Shown here one piece after another: positions 25,932-37,639 of a stretch of DNA of 64,000 bases. Position 1 is the stretch's first letter, and the number at the start of each line of letters is the position of its first letter. Source of the stretch: Octopus sinensis (Eukaryota); contig NW_021832220.1 in the NCBI RefSeq assembly GCF_006345805.1, positions 186,001 through 250,000 of the forward strand. The letters are read 5' to 3'. A model generated the notes under the pieces. That model ran no database searches. It was not told the origin of the DNA and saw only the letters and a list, made by a program, of their open reading frames with translations. The position numbers and the translations under genes were made by a program.

Positions 25932-26030
25932 GTAATATTCCTATCATAACACAATCACACATTTTGGAAGGAGGGTAAAGTTGTAGCTTAATCCATCCCC
26001 AGTATTTGACTGGTTATGTCACAAAACAAG

Positions 26031-26236
26031 TTGACCCTTTCGTTACTGTGTTTTTTTGAGATGCTGTGTTTCTTTCAATTACTTTAAATATAACAAAGAA
26101 TTTAGTAAAATAATTTAGCTATTAGGAAACATAAATTGTGACTAAGGTTTGGTGGAAGATTTTTATTCAAAACTTATGAAAATAAGGCATTTGTACCCAG
26201 AGCCAGTTTCAGCCGGGTTCGTAACAAAAGGGTTAA
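26031..26236. mobile_element. MITE with short TIRs (TTRACCCTTT...AAAGGGTTAA)
   Basis: ttgaccctttcgttac pairs with gtaacaaaagggttaa. Confidence 0.65.
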
Positions 26237-26794
26237 ATATATAACTCTTTGACAATGTTAGAGTTCATTATTTCGTTGTTTTTGTTGTTATTATTTAATT
26301 CTTTTTCAAACGAGGGCGAGCCGATCTATAAAGCGACTTCCCGTGTACTGCTAGAAATGTACCGTAAATATTCGATTATATTAAAATCCAGTGTGTATGG
26401 GGACCAGTCCAACATGGCTACGTTACTTTTGTGCTCTCCATACTGATTTTGACTAACATTAGCTGTATTAATCAATGCATTCTCCAAGGGAAAGTTAGTA
26501 TAAGGACGTAATCAGCCAGAATATTCAGATAATCCTTCGCAGGTTTATAGAGTTCATGACGAACAGCTTTGGTTGGCACAAGTTATGGCAAGGTGGTGGG
26601 AGGAGTGGCTGTGTGGTAAGAAGCTTGCTTCCCTGCGCATGCGTTGGTCAGTGTTTCCTTTGCACTGCTAGGAGTCATGTCGCTGCACACTAACATCGTG
26701 AATTATTGAACAAGCACAACTACAAGGTAAGGCATTTGTTTTTTGGGGATTCAGTAGGGATTTGTTGCTCGTTTTTGCTTTTTTGAACTCCCCC

Positions 26795-27500
26795 ACCCCA
26801 AAAATGGCAAAAAAGTCAAACAACACTGAGTTGGAGTGGGAGATTGTCCTATCCAAACAGTGGATGAAAGACTGTGAAGAGAAGATGGTGGTGCTAAGGA
26901 CTTATTCAAAGTCGCTCGACACCATCGCCCTCTTATAAAAGACTCAAATTGAAAAAGAGTTGGCAGAGTATTTGCCAACTATTAAATTCACCTCCTGTGG
27001 GGTCAAATATGCAACGGTGTGGTTGCTATTTGACACCCCTGAGGAGGTTTGCAAATTTGCAAGCCAGCCGTTGGAAGGCAAAGAGATTTTGTTTCTTCCC
27101 ACGTAAGGTGGGAAGAAGTTGACAAGAGCTTGGGTCTGCAGGTTGCCACCCAGGAAATAACCCGAGTGGATAGAGGACACTCTCTGCCGGGGTCTGGATG
27201 GCAGTGGATCCAAGTAACTTTTTGCTGGTGGCTGATTGGGTAGGGTCAAAAGCCAAGAATCTGGCTTTTCCAAATTTTTGGAAACTGGCCGGTTGCAGGT
27301 ACCCAGAGATTCTTGAGGGACACCCCCCACCAAAAGTGTCACCTGTGCCTGGAACCGGGCCACATCAAAAAGAACTGTCCCCAGGATCAGAGTAGGATCC
27401 TGGAACAGTTGGTTGTAGAAGAGACCCCCTCCTCCTCTTGGGGGAGAGAGGTAGTCGAGGAGGTAGAGACCTCTCCGGAAACAAAGGGGGAAAAAGGAAG
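26795..27500 (+). mobile_element. Degenerate gag-like ORF1 relic of a non-LTR retrotransposon with a CCHC zinc knuckle
   Basis: MAKKSNNTELEWEIVLSKQ... reading with stops, then CHLCLEPGHIKKNC (CX2CX4HX4C) at ~27335-27380. Confidence 0.65.
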
Positions 27501-27519
27501 GTAGGCAAATTTTAATTTT

Positions 27520-28975
27520 TAAAGTAGTCAATGTGGACTTCTGAAACTCTGTTAACTCTATTAAGTATGTTTGCAAACATATACACAAAAGTTTAGATGT
27601 TGCAACATACATTCTTATGTAAAATGGCAGTCCACAGATAAATAAAACTGACGAAGTTGCAAAGTATAACAAAGGAAGATACATGAGTACCAATGAGACT
27701 TTTTGGCGCTTCTTCAATTTTCTCATTTGTGAGAGGCACCCAGCCATCATTCATTTGAGTGACCATCGAGAGAATGACCACAGGGTTATCTTCACAAAAC
27801 AAACAGCCTTGCAACAAACACTTTCTACAAATGAAACTACCCTTACTGCCTTTTTTAAGTTGTGTCAAGTAGATGAAGATGCAAGAAAACTTCTTTACCC
27901 ACAATTACTCAAGTATTACACTTGGAGAAACAATAAATGGTATGAGAGGAAACATGGGGCTGATGCTCTTGCACAAGTTTACAGTGTCCACCCAAGCCAA
28001 GCAGAATGCATGAAGTATGTGGTCCCAAATCATTTTCAGATTTGAGGAAAGTAAATGGTTGCATGTGTGAAACTTATAGGGAAGCATGCTATCAACAAGG
28101 CTCTTTTAAAAAATGGTGAGCATTGGGACCTTGCATTGACTGAAGTACCTGTATCAGATTCTCCAAGGAAACTCCGCAACCTTTTTTGCAATTATACTGA
28201 ACATGTGTCAACTTGGCATTCTCCTACAGCTTTGGATGAAACATCGTGAGGACATGTCTGAGGACTTAAAGTATGCAGTTCAACAGGAAAACCCAGATAT
28301 CAATATTCAGTTCTCTGAAACAATTTTTAATGAAGCATTGATTGAAATTGAGGATCAAGTTGTGGCCATGGGTGACAAAAATTTGCAAGAGTCTGCCAAA
28401 AACAAACTATCAAATTAGTGATTTAACTTTAAGAAACATAGCAAGAGAACCAAATTATGGCATCACAGAGTTTGACTGCATTTATTAATGAACATGAACC
28501 TAAATTTCTTCCAGAATAACGTTGAGCATATGTTAAAATTATTTCGTCAGTCACAGAAAAAATGTAGAGGAATTTTCTTTCTTGATGCTCCTGGTGGTAC
28601 AGGTAAAATATTTGTAACGACATTGCTTTTCTTCAAGGCAAGGCAGCACAAAAGAATTGCAGTTGCTGTAACATCGTCTGACATTGCTGCCACCATTCTC
28701 CCAGGAGGACAAACAGCTCATTTTGCTAAACCTGGTCACAAATGACAGTCCAATTTGTAACATAAGCAAAGGTTCAAGTTCAGCAGAAGTGTTACAGGAC
28801 ATAAGAGGCAACAATAAGTCTATAGGGGGAGTTACATTAGTTTTATCAGAAGACTTCAGGCAGACATTACCAATCATTCCGAGACGAACAAGGTCTGATG
28901 AAATAAAAAACATGCATTAAGTCTTCACACCTTTGAAATAAAGTACAGAAATTCTCCTTCAATACTAACGTGTGA
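27520..28975 (+). mobile_element. Degenerate Helitron Rep/Helicase relic
   Basis: SIKYVCK, GRYMSTNETFW, TTLTAFFKLC, FFLDAPGGTGK, GGVTLVLSEDFRQTLPII; many stops and frameshifts. Confidence 0.9.
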
Positions 28976-29559
28976 GCTTTATTATTAGCTTTGACAAATT
29001 TGAACTCTGCCTACTGCTTATCTCATCAGTAATTTGCTACATATGTGCAATCAATTCTATTTTATCTTTAACATATTTCGATTGTACTTCTCAGTAATTA
29101 AGACTCCTTTGGCACTCGACATTTCATTTTTAATCGCGAAGAGAGGAAGTTCTCCTGTAGCTTGTTGATCAGAAGCGACAAATAGGTTGTATGTTATAAC
29201 TGAACATAGCCTGACACAGTAGATGTATGAACGCACACGTCTATTCTTCGATGTATGTGTAAATTATGTACGTAATTCTCTCAAGAGAGTACAATACTGT
29301 GAGCTATTTGCAGGTGAGTGAATAGAAAAATAGACAGCTTAAACTTGGATGTGTAAAAGCGAATTGGAAAATATCTATTATTTATCGGTGCTACACACTT
29401 TGTACGAGAGTAAAGGGCATTTTTGTAAATGGAAGAAACTAAATTTCTATTAACCCGTTTACAAGCAAATCAACAAAATAAGATACCTGTTAAGTACTGG
29501 GATCGAATAACCGAATCTGGCAACCTTTCGTTACAAGAACACACGACTGCTAGTTACAA

Positions 29560-31180
29560 ACCACTTTTGTGAAAATGATCGTCGATTTCCGTAAAAAAAT
29601 AATTAATTTTTACATATGGGGTTGGGGGAAAATGGGATCTTTGAAGTTGATGTGAAAGCGAGAGAGAGAGAGTGTGCGATTGTATGAGGGAAGTTCTTTT
29701 GAAGTTGGCGTGAATCGGAAGAATTGATGTGCATGTGTGTGTGTGAGAGAGAGAGTGTTCGTGTGTCTGTGTGCTTGTGAGTCGGTGTTTGTGTGTACAG
29801 GTGTGTGTGTGCAAAATTTTGTCTCTGCTTGTGTTTGTGCGTACAGGCGTGTGTGTGCAAAACGAAAATAAAATGAAAGATTTTAAGTTCCAAATGTCTC
29901 TGCATCTAAGGGCTTCCTGATTCATACTAACAAGAATGGAATTACGGGCCTGTATTTATATAATACTGTTACGCCGTCGCTCAACTCAACTCAGGACCTT
30001 AAGTCGGCGACGACGACTACTCTCAGTCAAACGGAAATCCACCACAGAAAGCAGATTTGGGCAGCGAACGCAAGCCAGTAACCAACACAACAACAAAGAC
30101 AGCGGGACAATTTAACAATTTTTATATAATTCACAACATCAATTGAAACATTTCAAATACATTTAAAACGTAATACAACTGTTCGATTACCCCAAATCAA
30201 TTAACAGATCGTACACAGAGTTAAAAACAAAGCAATCAATGTCATTTAGCAAAACACAACGTCCGACTTTTCTAAACAAATCAATTGGTTGACATGCAAC
30301 ACAATACAAAATCACAACAAATAGTCTTTCTCCTTTCTTTTCCTACACAGAGAGTTCGTTCTCAAAGATCCTTTTTCATCAGCTTTTCTGTTTTTTTTAA
30401 ACATTTACAAGTTCTTTTTTTTCCTTTTCTTTTCAACGGATTACGTCACAGAGTCCCTTCTCTTTTTTTTCATTTTTTTTACAGTTTATGTCACAGAGTC
30501 TCTTTTTCAAACATCATAATTCAAATCACAAATAAAAACACAAATCAATCAAAAACATTACCGACACGTTCCGAGTCTGCAACAATTTCAGCTCCTACTA
30601 CAAATATTCATTTCGCTAACTGACCGTCTTTCGTGCCTGTCTGTCTCTCGCCGTCATCATCTCTTGGCTGGCTGTCCGCATCGACTCGCCGCATCTCCCA
30701 ACTACTGCGATATATATAGGGTAACATTTTTTATTTTTTTATAAACTTTCCCTGGCCGTGGAGATCAGAGATCAGTCCCTAAAACTCATTAATTTTTACC
30801 GTTGCCGTTGACAAGACAAAGAACATTTTTTTCCCCGCCGGTTCAACTCCATAACGTTTTCCCGTTAATTTTACCTTCGTAACACTACATTTCAAAACAA
30901 ATATAAACGAAAAAAACATTGATAAAAACGTATCTATGAATCTGATCATTAAATCACCAACAAACATAAAAAAAATAAACCGAGAGAAAAAAAGGTTAGC
31001 AGCAGGAACAAAATTGTAGCACTCACACAGACACAGACGGAAGGCCAACTTCAAAAGAACTTCCCCGATCCAATCTCTGTCTCGCTTTTACGCCGACTTC
31101 AAAAGATACCCTTCCCTGTCACCCCACGTATGTAAATTTTTTTTTATAAATCTACGGAAAGCGACGATCTTCTTCAAATG
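29560..31180. repeat. Inverted pair of a dispersed repeat (29560-29900 and ~31020-31180) flanking the solo LTR; third copy at ~34320-34400
   Basis: tttacatatggggttgggggaaaatgggatctttgaagt vs acttcaaaagatacccttccctgtcaccccacgtatgtaaa. Confidence 0.55.
29967..30726. mobile_element. Probable solo LTR (760 bp)
   Basis: Termini TGTTAC...GTAACA and no coding content; no TSD found. Confidence 0.55.
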
Positions 31181-31337
31181 TTAACAAAAGCATGTTCTCC
31201 AGTTTTACAGTAACAGTACTCATCGTAATTTTGCCCTGAATCCTTTTCCCCAATCTTCAAAATAAATTGTATCATTCTACACATATTAACAATTTACTAT
31301 TTTATATAATTTATACTTTTCTTTTCTTCTATTTTAG

Positions 31338-31414
31338 ACTGTAAGCAAGTCCCTGAAATATTTAAATACCGGCCAAAATATCTTGTCGGTGGAACAGTTC
31401 TTTGTAAACAGTAA
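31338..31414 (+). CDS. Gene A coding exon 3: (D)CKQVPEIFKYRPKYLVGGTVLCKQ* (77 nt)
   Basis: cttttcttttcttctattttAG|AC TGT; same length, phase, Cys positions and stop position as gene B exon 3; AATAAA 38 nt after the stop. Confidence 0.85.
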
Positions 31415-31451
31415 TAATTATACTGTAACTGTACAACTTTTACCGTACTTG

Positions 31452-31457
31452 AATAAA
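31452..31457 (+). promoter_or_regulatory. Candidate polyadenylation signal of gene A
   Basis: AATAAA shortly after the TAA at 31412-31414. Confidence 0.5.
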
Positions 31458-31870
31458 AACAAGAATCCTTTATTACATTCAACAAGATTCAATGCTAGGA
31501 GTAAAGATAGAAAAAGTTTTTAGTTGACTGTATCGACTGTAGGGTACTTATATATAAATAAATACATATACATTGATACTTAGAATATAGACGAGTATTT
31601 TGTCTCTTGGTTTATTACCTCTAGAAAATCGCAGATAATCAGTATCGAGAAAAACTTTTATCCTTCACAGTAAATAAAATGTCAAAGTTTATTACATGAA
31701 AGTATTTCTGACTTGATCGTGCTATGTCCAGTGTCTTTAAACATTGATATCGCAAAAACGAAACTGTTCTCAAGCAACACGTTCTTTTATAGTATTAGTA
31801 AGTCTCAACGTAAGTTTCTTTTCCTTACCCCTCGCTAGAAGATAAGGCAAGATGCATCTATTCTTACTTT

Positions 31871-32244
31871 GGATTTTTTCCTTTTGAACGGCACTTTGTA
31901 ACATAATTTCTAGGTAACTAAAAAGTTTTAAACTTCGTATACTGGTAGAATGTTAGGGTTAGGGGTGGGGGAAGGGTATATTTTTTTCTTCACAAATGTA
32001 AATAAACCCAATCTGTTTCTTAAAGGAGGGACATATTCATTATGCACAGAATGTTATTTACCTAAATGGACGTAAGCGATTGGTTAAAACTGCCGAAATG
32101 CTCGAAATTAAAAATATAGAATTTTCTCAATAAAGCCAAGAAAAAATGATGTTTTATAAACACATTCTACCAGTATACGAAGCTTAAAAGTGTTTAGTTA
32201 ACTAGAAATTGTGTTGAAAAGTGCCGTTCAAAAGGAAAAAATCC
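31871..32244. mobile_element. MITE with GG..CC termini, ~80-bp TIRs and an 8-bp TSD (Merlin- or Mutator-like)
   Basis: ggattttttccttttgaacggcac / gtgccgttcaaaaggaaaaaatcc; CTTACTTT at 31863-31870 and 32245-32252. Confidence 0.85.
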
Positions 32245-33059
32245 CTTACTTTTAATACATCCCAAGTAAGTACGTCATTGAAAATTCTTAAAAGTTAAAT
32301 ATTTCAATTCTGTTTATCACACAACCACAACACCTTTCCTTTCTTCTGCCTTCATAAACATTACAGTCTCTCACCTTTTTTGTTACAAACATTTTTTGCT
32401 TCCCACTGCTCATTCTACGATCTTTTGAATTATCTTCATAAGCAATACTGTTGAAATAACCATTCTTTTATTTCTTTATTTATCCTTCTTGTACATCTCT
32501 ATCTCCTATTTTCGTAAACATTCTCGCTTCTCTTTTATAACATTCTTTTTGGAAATAGTTTCTTCTTTTGTTTTTCTTAGTACCAATCTATCTTTGCAAA
32601 CGTTACACTTATTAAATCAGTTACTAAGTAATATCGCACACCTCTATACATAAGATACCAACAAATGGACAGCAACAGTCACAAATTTGTAATGAGCCAG
32701 ATTGAGGCTAACACCTTGCAAAAGATGTATCGAAATTGATAAATCGAGGTACTTCTCTTTCTTCAAGCATGGATCATGATTAAAGGATCACCGCCGAACG
32801 GCCTAATAAGTTACAGTTTCCATAGGTATATGTTACAAACTGAACGAAAAAAGCACTGACAGCAGCAATGGTTGTCATGACAACTGTCAAAACGTTTAGT
32901 AAATAAATGTTTTTTATGGTAAAGGATCAAGTTTTGCTTAGTTTTGATGACGTGTTTTTATTTTTCAAGAACACAACACACCACTCGGTCTAGAAACTGA
33001 AAGTACACAAAGTAGATACTCTCCCCCACTCTATCTACCTACCTACCTACATACATACA

Positions 33060-33820
33060 TCACGTTGTTCTACAGTTACTTTGGTACTTGACGCGTGGTA
33101 AACCGCGCACCTCTTCAGACAACATCGATTTGAAGGAGACTGAGCCAATATGCAGCACGAACATTTGATCACTATAAACAAGTCATTTGTGCAGGTCGTT
33201 CGACACACGTCCTCTTCGATGGGAGAGTCCATCATACGGCCACCGACAACCAAACTTGCGAAGGCCAATCAACCATTCGTGAGTCCACTCCCATCCATTA
33301 ATCTCAACAAATATCTACTGACAATTATCGATGAATTTTCTCACTTTCCGTTTGTGTTCGCATGTTCAAGTGTATCAGCCGCTACTGTTATTCATTGTCT
33401 CTGCCAACTATTTTCGGTGTTTGGACTCCCTTCTTTTATCCATTTTGATCGTAGCGCTACCTTCATATCAGCTGAACTGAGGCAATTCCTCCAGCAGGAC
33501 GACCCCATACAATCCAGTGGGGAAGAGCCAGGTCGAAAGGCTCAATTCAATCTTATGAAAGACCATTACTTTGGCACTGAAGTCTAAAGGATTGAATGCA
33601 AATCACCGGCAGCACGTACTCCCTGACGCTCAGTACTCTACTCGCTCCCTCCTATTTACGGCCACTAACACTACGCCTCACGAAAGGCGTTCAGTTTTCG
33701 CCGCCGCTCAACTCTTGGGACCTAACTAACAGAATGGCTAGGAAGAGTGGACCAGTGCTTCTGAAGCAACAACAATAGTTCTCAAAGTACAATCCAGCAG
33801 TAGAAAAGGTTGAATTACTA
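33060..33820 (+). mobile_element. Gypsy-type LTR retrotransposon pol relic (integrase)
   Basis: YLLTIIDEFSHFPFVF...VIHCLCQLFSVFGLPSFIHFDRSATFISAELRQFL matches the rve core; internally deleted. Confidence 0.85.
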
Positions 33821-33831
33821 TAGTTTCTCTC

Positions 33832-34705
33832 GGTTAATGTTTAATCTTGACCCGGAAATGGAAATCCAAAAAATATACTGGAATGGATGTAAAACAATGT
33901 TTAAGGAAACGAATATGAAAAAAAAAAAAAAAATTGTGCGCAAAGCAACGGGAGGGTAGGGAGAGGACTTCGGAAAATTAACAAGGTCCGAGCTTTTCCC
34001 TCGTAACTTTTAGGAAAATGGGATTTTTTCTCTATAAAATTTTAAACAAATACCTTTCAAACGGCATACATTACGATTCCAAAGAAATTTCTGAGGAAAA
34101 TCTTTTCCAACGGGGTAGGGAGAGGACTTCGAAAAATTCACAAGATCCGAGCTTTTCGCTTGTAACTTTTAGGAAAGTGGCGGGGTATAATTTTTCATTG
34201 AAATTTTATAGAAATACCTTTCAAACGGTATAGATTACAATTATAAAGAAAATTATGAGGGAAAATCTTTTCCAAGGAGGTGGGGAGAGGACTTCGTAAA
34301 ATTTACAATTTAGTCTCTTTCGCTTCCATTACTTCAAAAGATCCCATTTCCTCCCAACCCCATATGTAAAAAAATAAAAGTTTTTTATGGAAATTGACGA
34401 TCATATGTAAACAAATACACGTGGTCAGTTGACGTAAAATATACTAGAACCGTAACATCGCCCATCGCTGGTCACAATGCGCTTCACATTGTTTTTTAGC
34501 CTTCAAATGACGCCACCATGCTGGCTAAGCGAGCAGGCCAACAGAAGAAAGAGTACAGCAGGGATCGCCACCACCCATTGCTGGAGCCTAGAGGAGCTTT
34601 AGGTGTTTTCGCTCAATAAACACTCACAACGCCCGGTCTGGGAAACGAAACCGCGATCCTACGACTGCGAGTCCGCTGCCCTAACCACTGGGCCATTGCG
34701 ACTCC

Positions 34706-34741
<36 letters not shown>

Positions 34742-36490
34742 ATGTACAGCTAAACATTAATAGCGAATGATCGCCTTCCTGAGGACTTGGAAGAATTGGT
34801 TTTTGATGTTCAGTCACCCTTAACTTTGTCTATCATGAAACGATATTCAACACCATATCTATGAAACAATTTGGATAAATTTTTACAAGTGCACCTCCAC
34901 GCAGTTCATAAAAAAAAAACTCGGATTTCTCGCATGTAAATCACCGACCCTGGCCTCCTAATCTGCTGCAAACCCCTTATTTTTCTTCATAAAAAAGGAT
35001 AGGGTAGGAAACTGGAACCCCCACCTGCCTGAAATTATTTAAAAATCTGCATAAATAGGATATATATTGTACAGGCCAAAAAAAGAAGAAAAATACCGAA
35101 ATGACAAAACACACCTTTGCTCACTCACTCTCTCTCTCTCCATAAGACATCGAAGAGTATTTGTTACCCGCTTAAGATCTCGGCAAGAAACATTGCCAAA
35201 GGACAAAACTGTTTTGCAGCTTAGGTCTTTTATGTCCTGGCATCTATATTATATCCAGTCATTTTAGTAGGTATGTTTTAATACACTTTGACTTGTTTCA
35301 CACAAACGCTAACATGTTTTTTTTTGTTTTGTCCAGAGACATTGTTACCACTTCGTTTTCAAAGTTCTTTGATCTTTCAGTCGAATGTAATCCACACTCT
35401 GTAAAACGTATTTCTGCAAAATGTTATCTTAAAATATGTGTAAAGAAAGGCGGCTGTGATGCAGTTTTGCGCCTCACCTTCAAAAGTGCATTTAAAAAAA
35501 AAAAGATAGACAAATTATTTTAATTAACAGTTCAACAGCACTTTTCTCACGGTAAAACAATGGTTTTTTTCTGTGACATAAATTAATTTTGCCAAATGCC
35601 TTCGCTAAGCAAAATATTTTGCTTCGCCACTTCTATTTCCAACCTCTTCTATTTCACCAATGGCTAGAATAGATATCACAGAGCTGCAACGAATTCTGTT
35701 GTTGGAGAAGCGAGTTGGGGAAAACGCAATGGCAGTGACCATTAGGGAAAAGGAAGCTTACGAGACACAACATCCCTAAATAACTTATACTAGCTCGATT
35801 TCTTTTCTCTTACGACATCATTCTATCTTTATCTGTGGGTTTCTACAACGAGGACGTGTACACACATACAGATTAACTTTTCTTTTTACCTTGCATGCTT
35901 TTCCATTTACGAGTTATACTTTCCAACCCGTCGTGGTTTTCGGTTTATACAATGTAACCATAAATAAATAACCTTTTCTAACCTAAACATTAACCCCTAC
36001 ACCTTGACCCACAAAATTCGGATCTTGTAAATTTTACGAAGTCCTCTCCCCACCTCCTTGGAAAAGATTTTCCCTCATAATTTTCTTTATAATTGTAATC
36101 TATACCGTTTGAAAGGTATTTCTATAAAATTTCAATGAAAAAATATACCCCGCCACTTTCCTAAAAGTTACAAGCGAAAAGCTCGGATCTTGTGAATTTT
36201 TCGAAGTCCTCTCCCTACCCCGTTGGAAAAGATTTTCCTCAGAAATTTCTTTGGAATCGTAATGTATTCCGTTTGAAAGGTATTTGTTTAAAATTTTATA
36301 GAGAAAAAATCCCATTTTCCTAAAAGTTACGAGGGAAAAGCTCGGACCTTGTTAATTTTCCGAAGTCCTCTCCCGTTGCTTTGCGTGCATTTTTTTTTTT
36401 TTTTCATATTCGTTTCCTTAAACATTGTTTTACATCCATTTCAGTATATTTTTTGGATTTCCATTTCCGGGTCAAGATTAAACATTAACC
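33832..36490. mobile_element. 2.66-kb non-autonomous DNA transposon with ~465-bp modular TIRs and an 8-bp TSD
   Basis: 33832-34297 is the near-perfect reverse complement of 36026-36490; TTTCTCTC flanks both ends; termini GGTTAATG/CATTAACC. Confidence 0.9.
34480..34667 (-). mobile_element. tRNA-derived SINE nested inside the long-TIR element
   Basis: Minus-strand head tggagtcgcaatggcccagtggttagggcagcggactcgcagtcgtaggatcgcggtttcg with A- and B-box-like motifs. Confidence 0.7.
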
Positions 36491-37026
36491 TTTCTCTCAT
36501 CTCTCTGTCTCCCTCATCTTTTCTCTTTACTCATTTCCTTTCTCCCTTCATCTGAGCAACCCTAACCATTCCTCACTTTTTCTTTCTCAGCCTCGCATCA
36601 TTTTATTCCTTATCTCAGCCTCGCATCCTTTTATCTCCTTTTCCATTGTGGTTCTGACGTTTTATTTATTCTCTAATTTAAATTTTATTTTCTATTATTT
36701 TTACATATATTTCCAAAACTATTTTCAGATTTTAAATCTATATTTGCCAGCCAACCATATCCCTACTCTATCACACACATGGGCTATTTTCAACAGAAAC
36801 AACCTTTGTAATAAATATTAATTAGCACACGCAACTTAATTAGGATGTGTTGGTTTAACATCCAAAAAAAATCCTTTCGTGTGACGACAAATGCTAAAAT
36901 GTATCGAAATTCTATCGATTTACGAAATTTCATCAGCACCGGTGGATGGCACCACTATATTAAACGATTTCAACTGAGGTCAGTTTAATGACTGAAACAA
37001 TTTTTTTTATGTTACCGTTTGATAAT

Positions 37027-37032
37027 TTTATT
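37027..37032 (-). promoter_or_regulatory. Candidate polyadenylation signal of gene B
   Basis: AATAAA on the minus strand ~52 nt after the TGA. Confidence 0.45.
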
Positions 37033-37083
37033 ATAATTTTTGCATAGTAAATTAATGTAATGTAAAAAGAGCGATAGTATGTT

Positions 37084-37160
37084 TCAAATTGTGCAATAAG
37101 ACAGTGGTTCCGTGGTATACCTTGTCTGATCATGGACTGTATCAATTATCTTTGCACAAT
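37084..37160 (-). CDS. Gene B coding exon 3: (D)CAKIIDTVHDQTRYTTEPLSYCTI* (77 nt)
   Basis: tcttcttttcatttttttttAG|AT TGT; phase 1; same length and Cys positions as gene A exon 3. Confidence 0.88.
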
Positions 37161-37492
37161 CTAAAAAAAAATGAAAAGAAGAATAGAAAGTGAATAAAAT
37201 AATACTTTCTGACATGGAAACAATTGTGAAAAATTTATTACGAGGAATGACTAGAATCCAAAACCACCACCACCAACAACAACAATCACAACTGCAAGAA
37301 TGACAATGAAGTAGTAAATACTTCGAAGTATTAAATTCTACCATAGCTAGAATTCCACCCGTTTTATAGAGTACCAGTGGAATACAGTGAGTCGATTTAC
37401 TTGACTTTGCCTCCCCCAAAATATGTGGCCTGGTCACTATGATAAAATGAAATATTTCTAAACAAGATGACAGTATTTGATCGTATGCTTAC

Positions 37493-37639
37493 CTATGAAA
37501 GAACCGACAACCCTCCACTTATTGTGAATCCATCGACAATCTCGTTTTACGCATAAACCATCCGTAACGGAAATCCAAAATGCTCGACCGCAAATACAAT
37601 CGCCTAAATATTTACAGCCAATGCATTCTGCCATATAAG
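37493..37639 (-). CDS. Gene B coding exon 2: (A)YMAECIGCKYLGDCICGRAFWISVTDGLCVKRDCRWIHNKWRVVGSFI (147 nt)
   Basis: tatatttttAG acceptor, ATAG|GTAAGC donor, phase 1-1; paralogous to 25794-25931. Confidence 0.9.

Noticed and set aside
26249-26446. Candidate third exon for gene A close to exon 2
   Set aside because: Weak acceptor and no match to gene B exon 3, whereas 31338-31414 matches in length, phase and Cys positions.
26944-27750. 268-aa minus-strand ORF
   Set aside because: It is antisense to the ORF1 and Helitron relics and has no motifs.
31951-31975. TTAGGGTTAGGGG telomere-like motif
   Set aside because: Only two units, and they lie inside a MITE.
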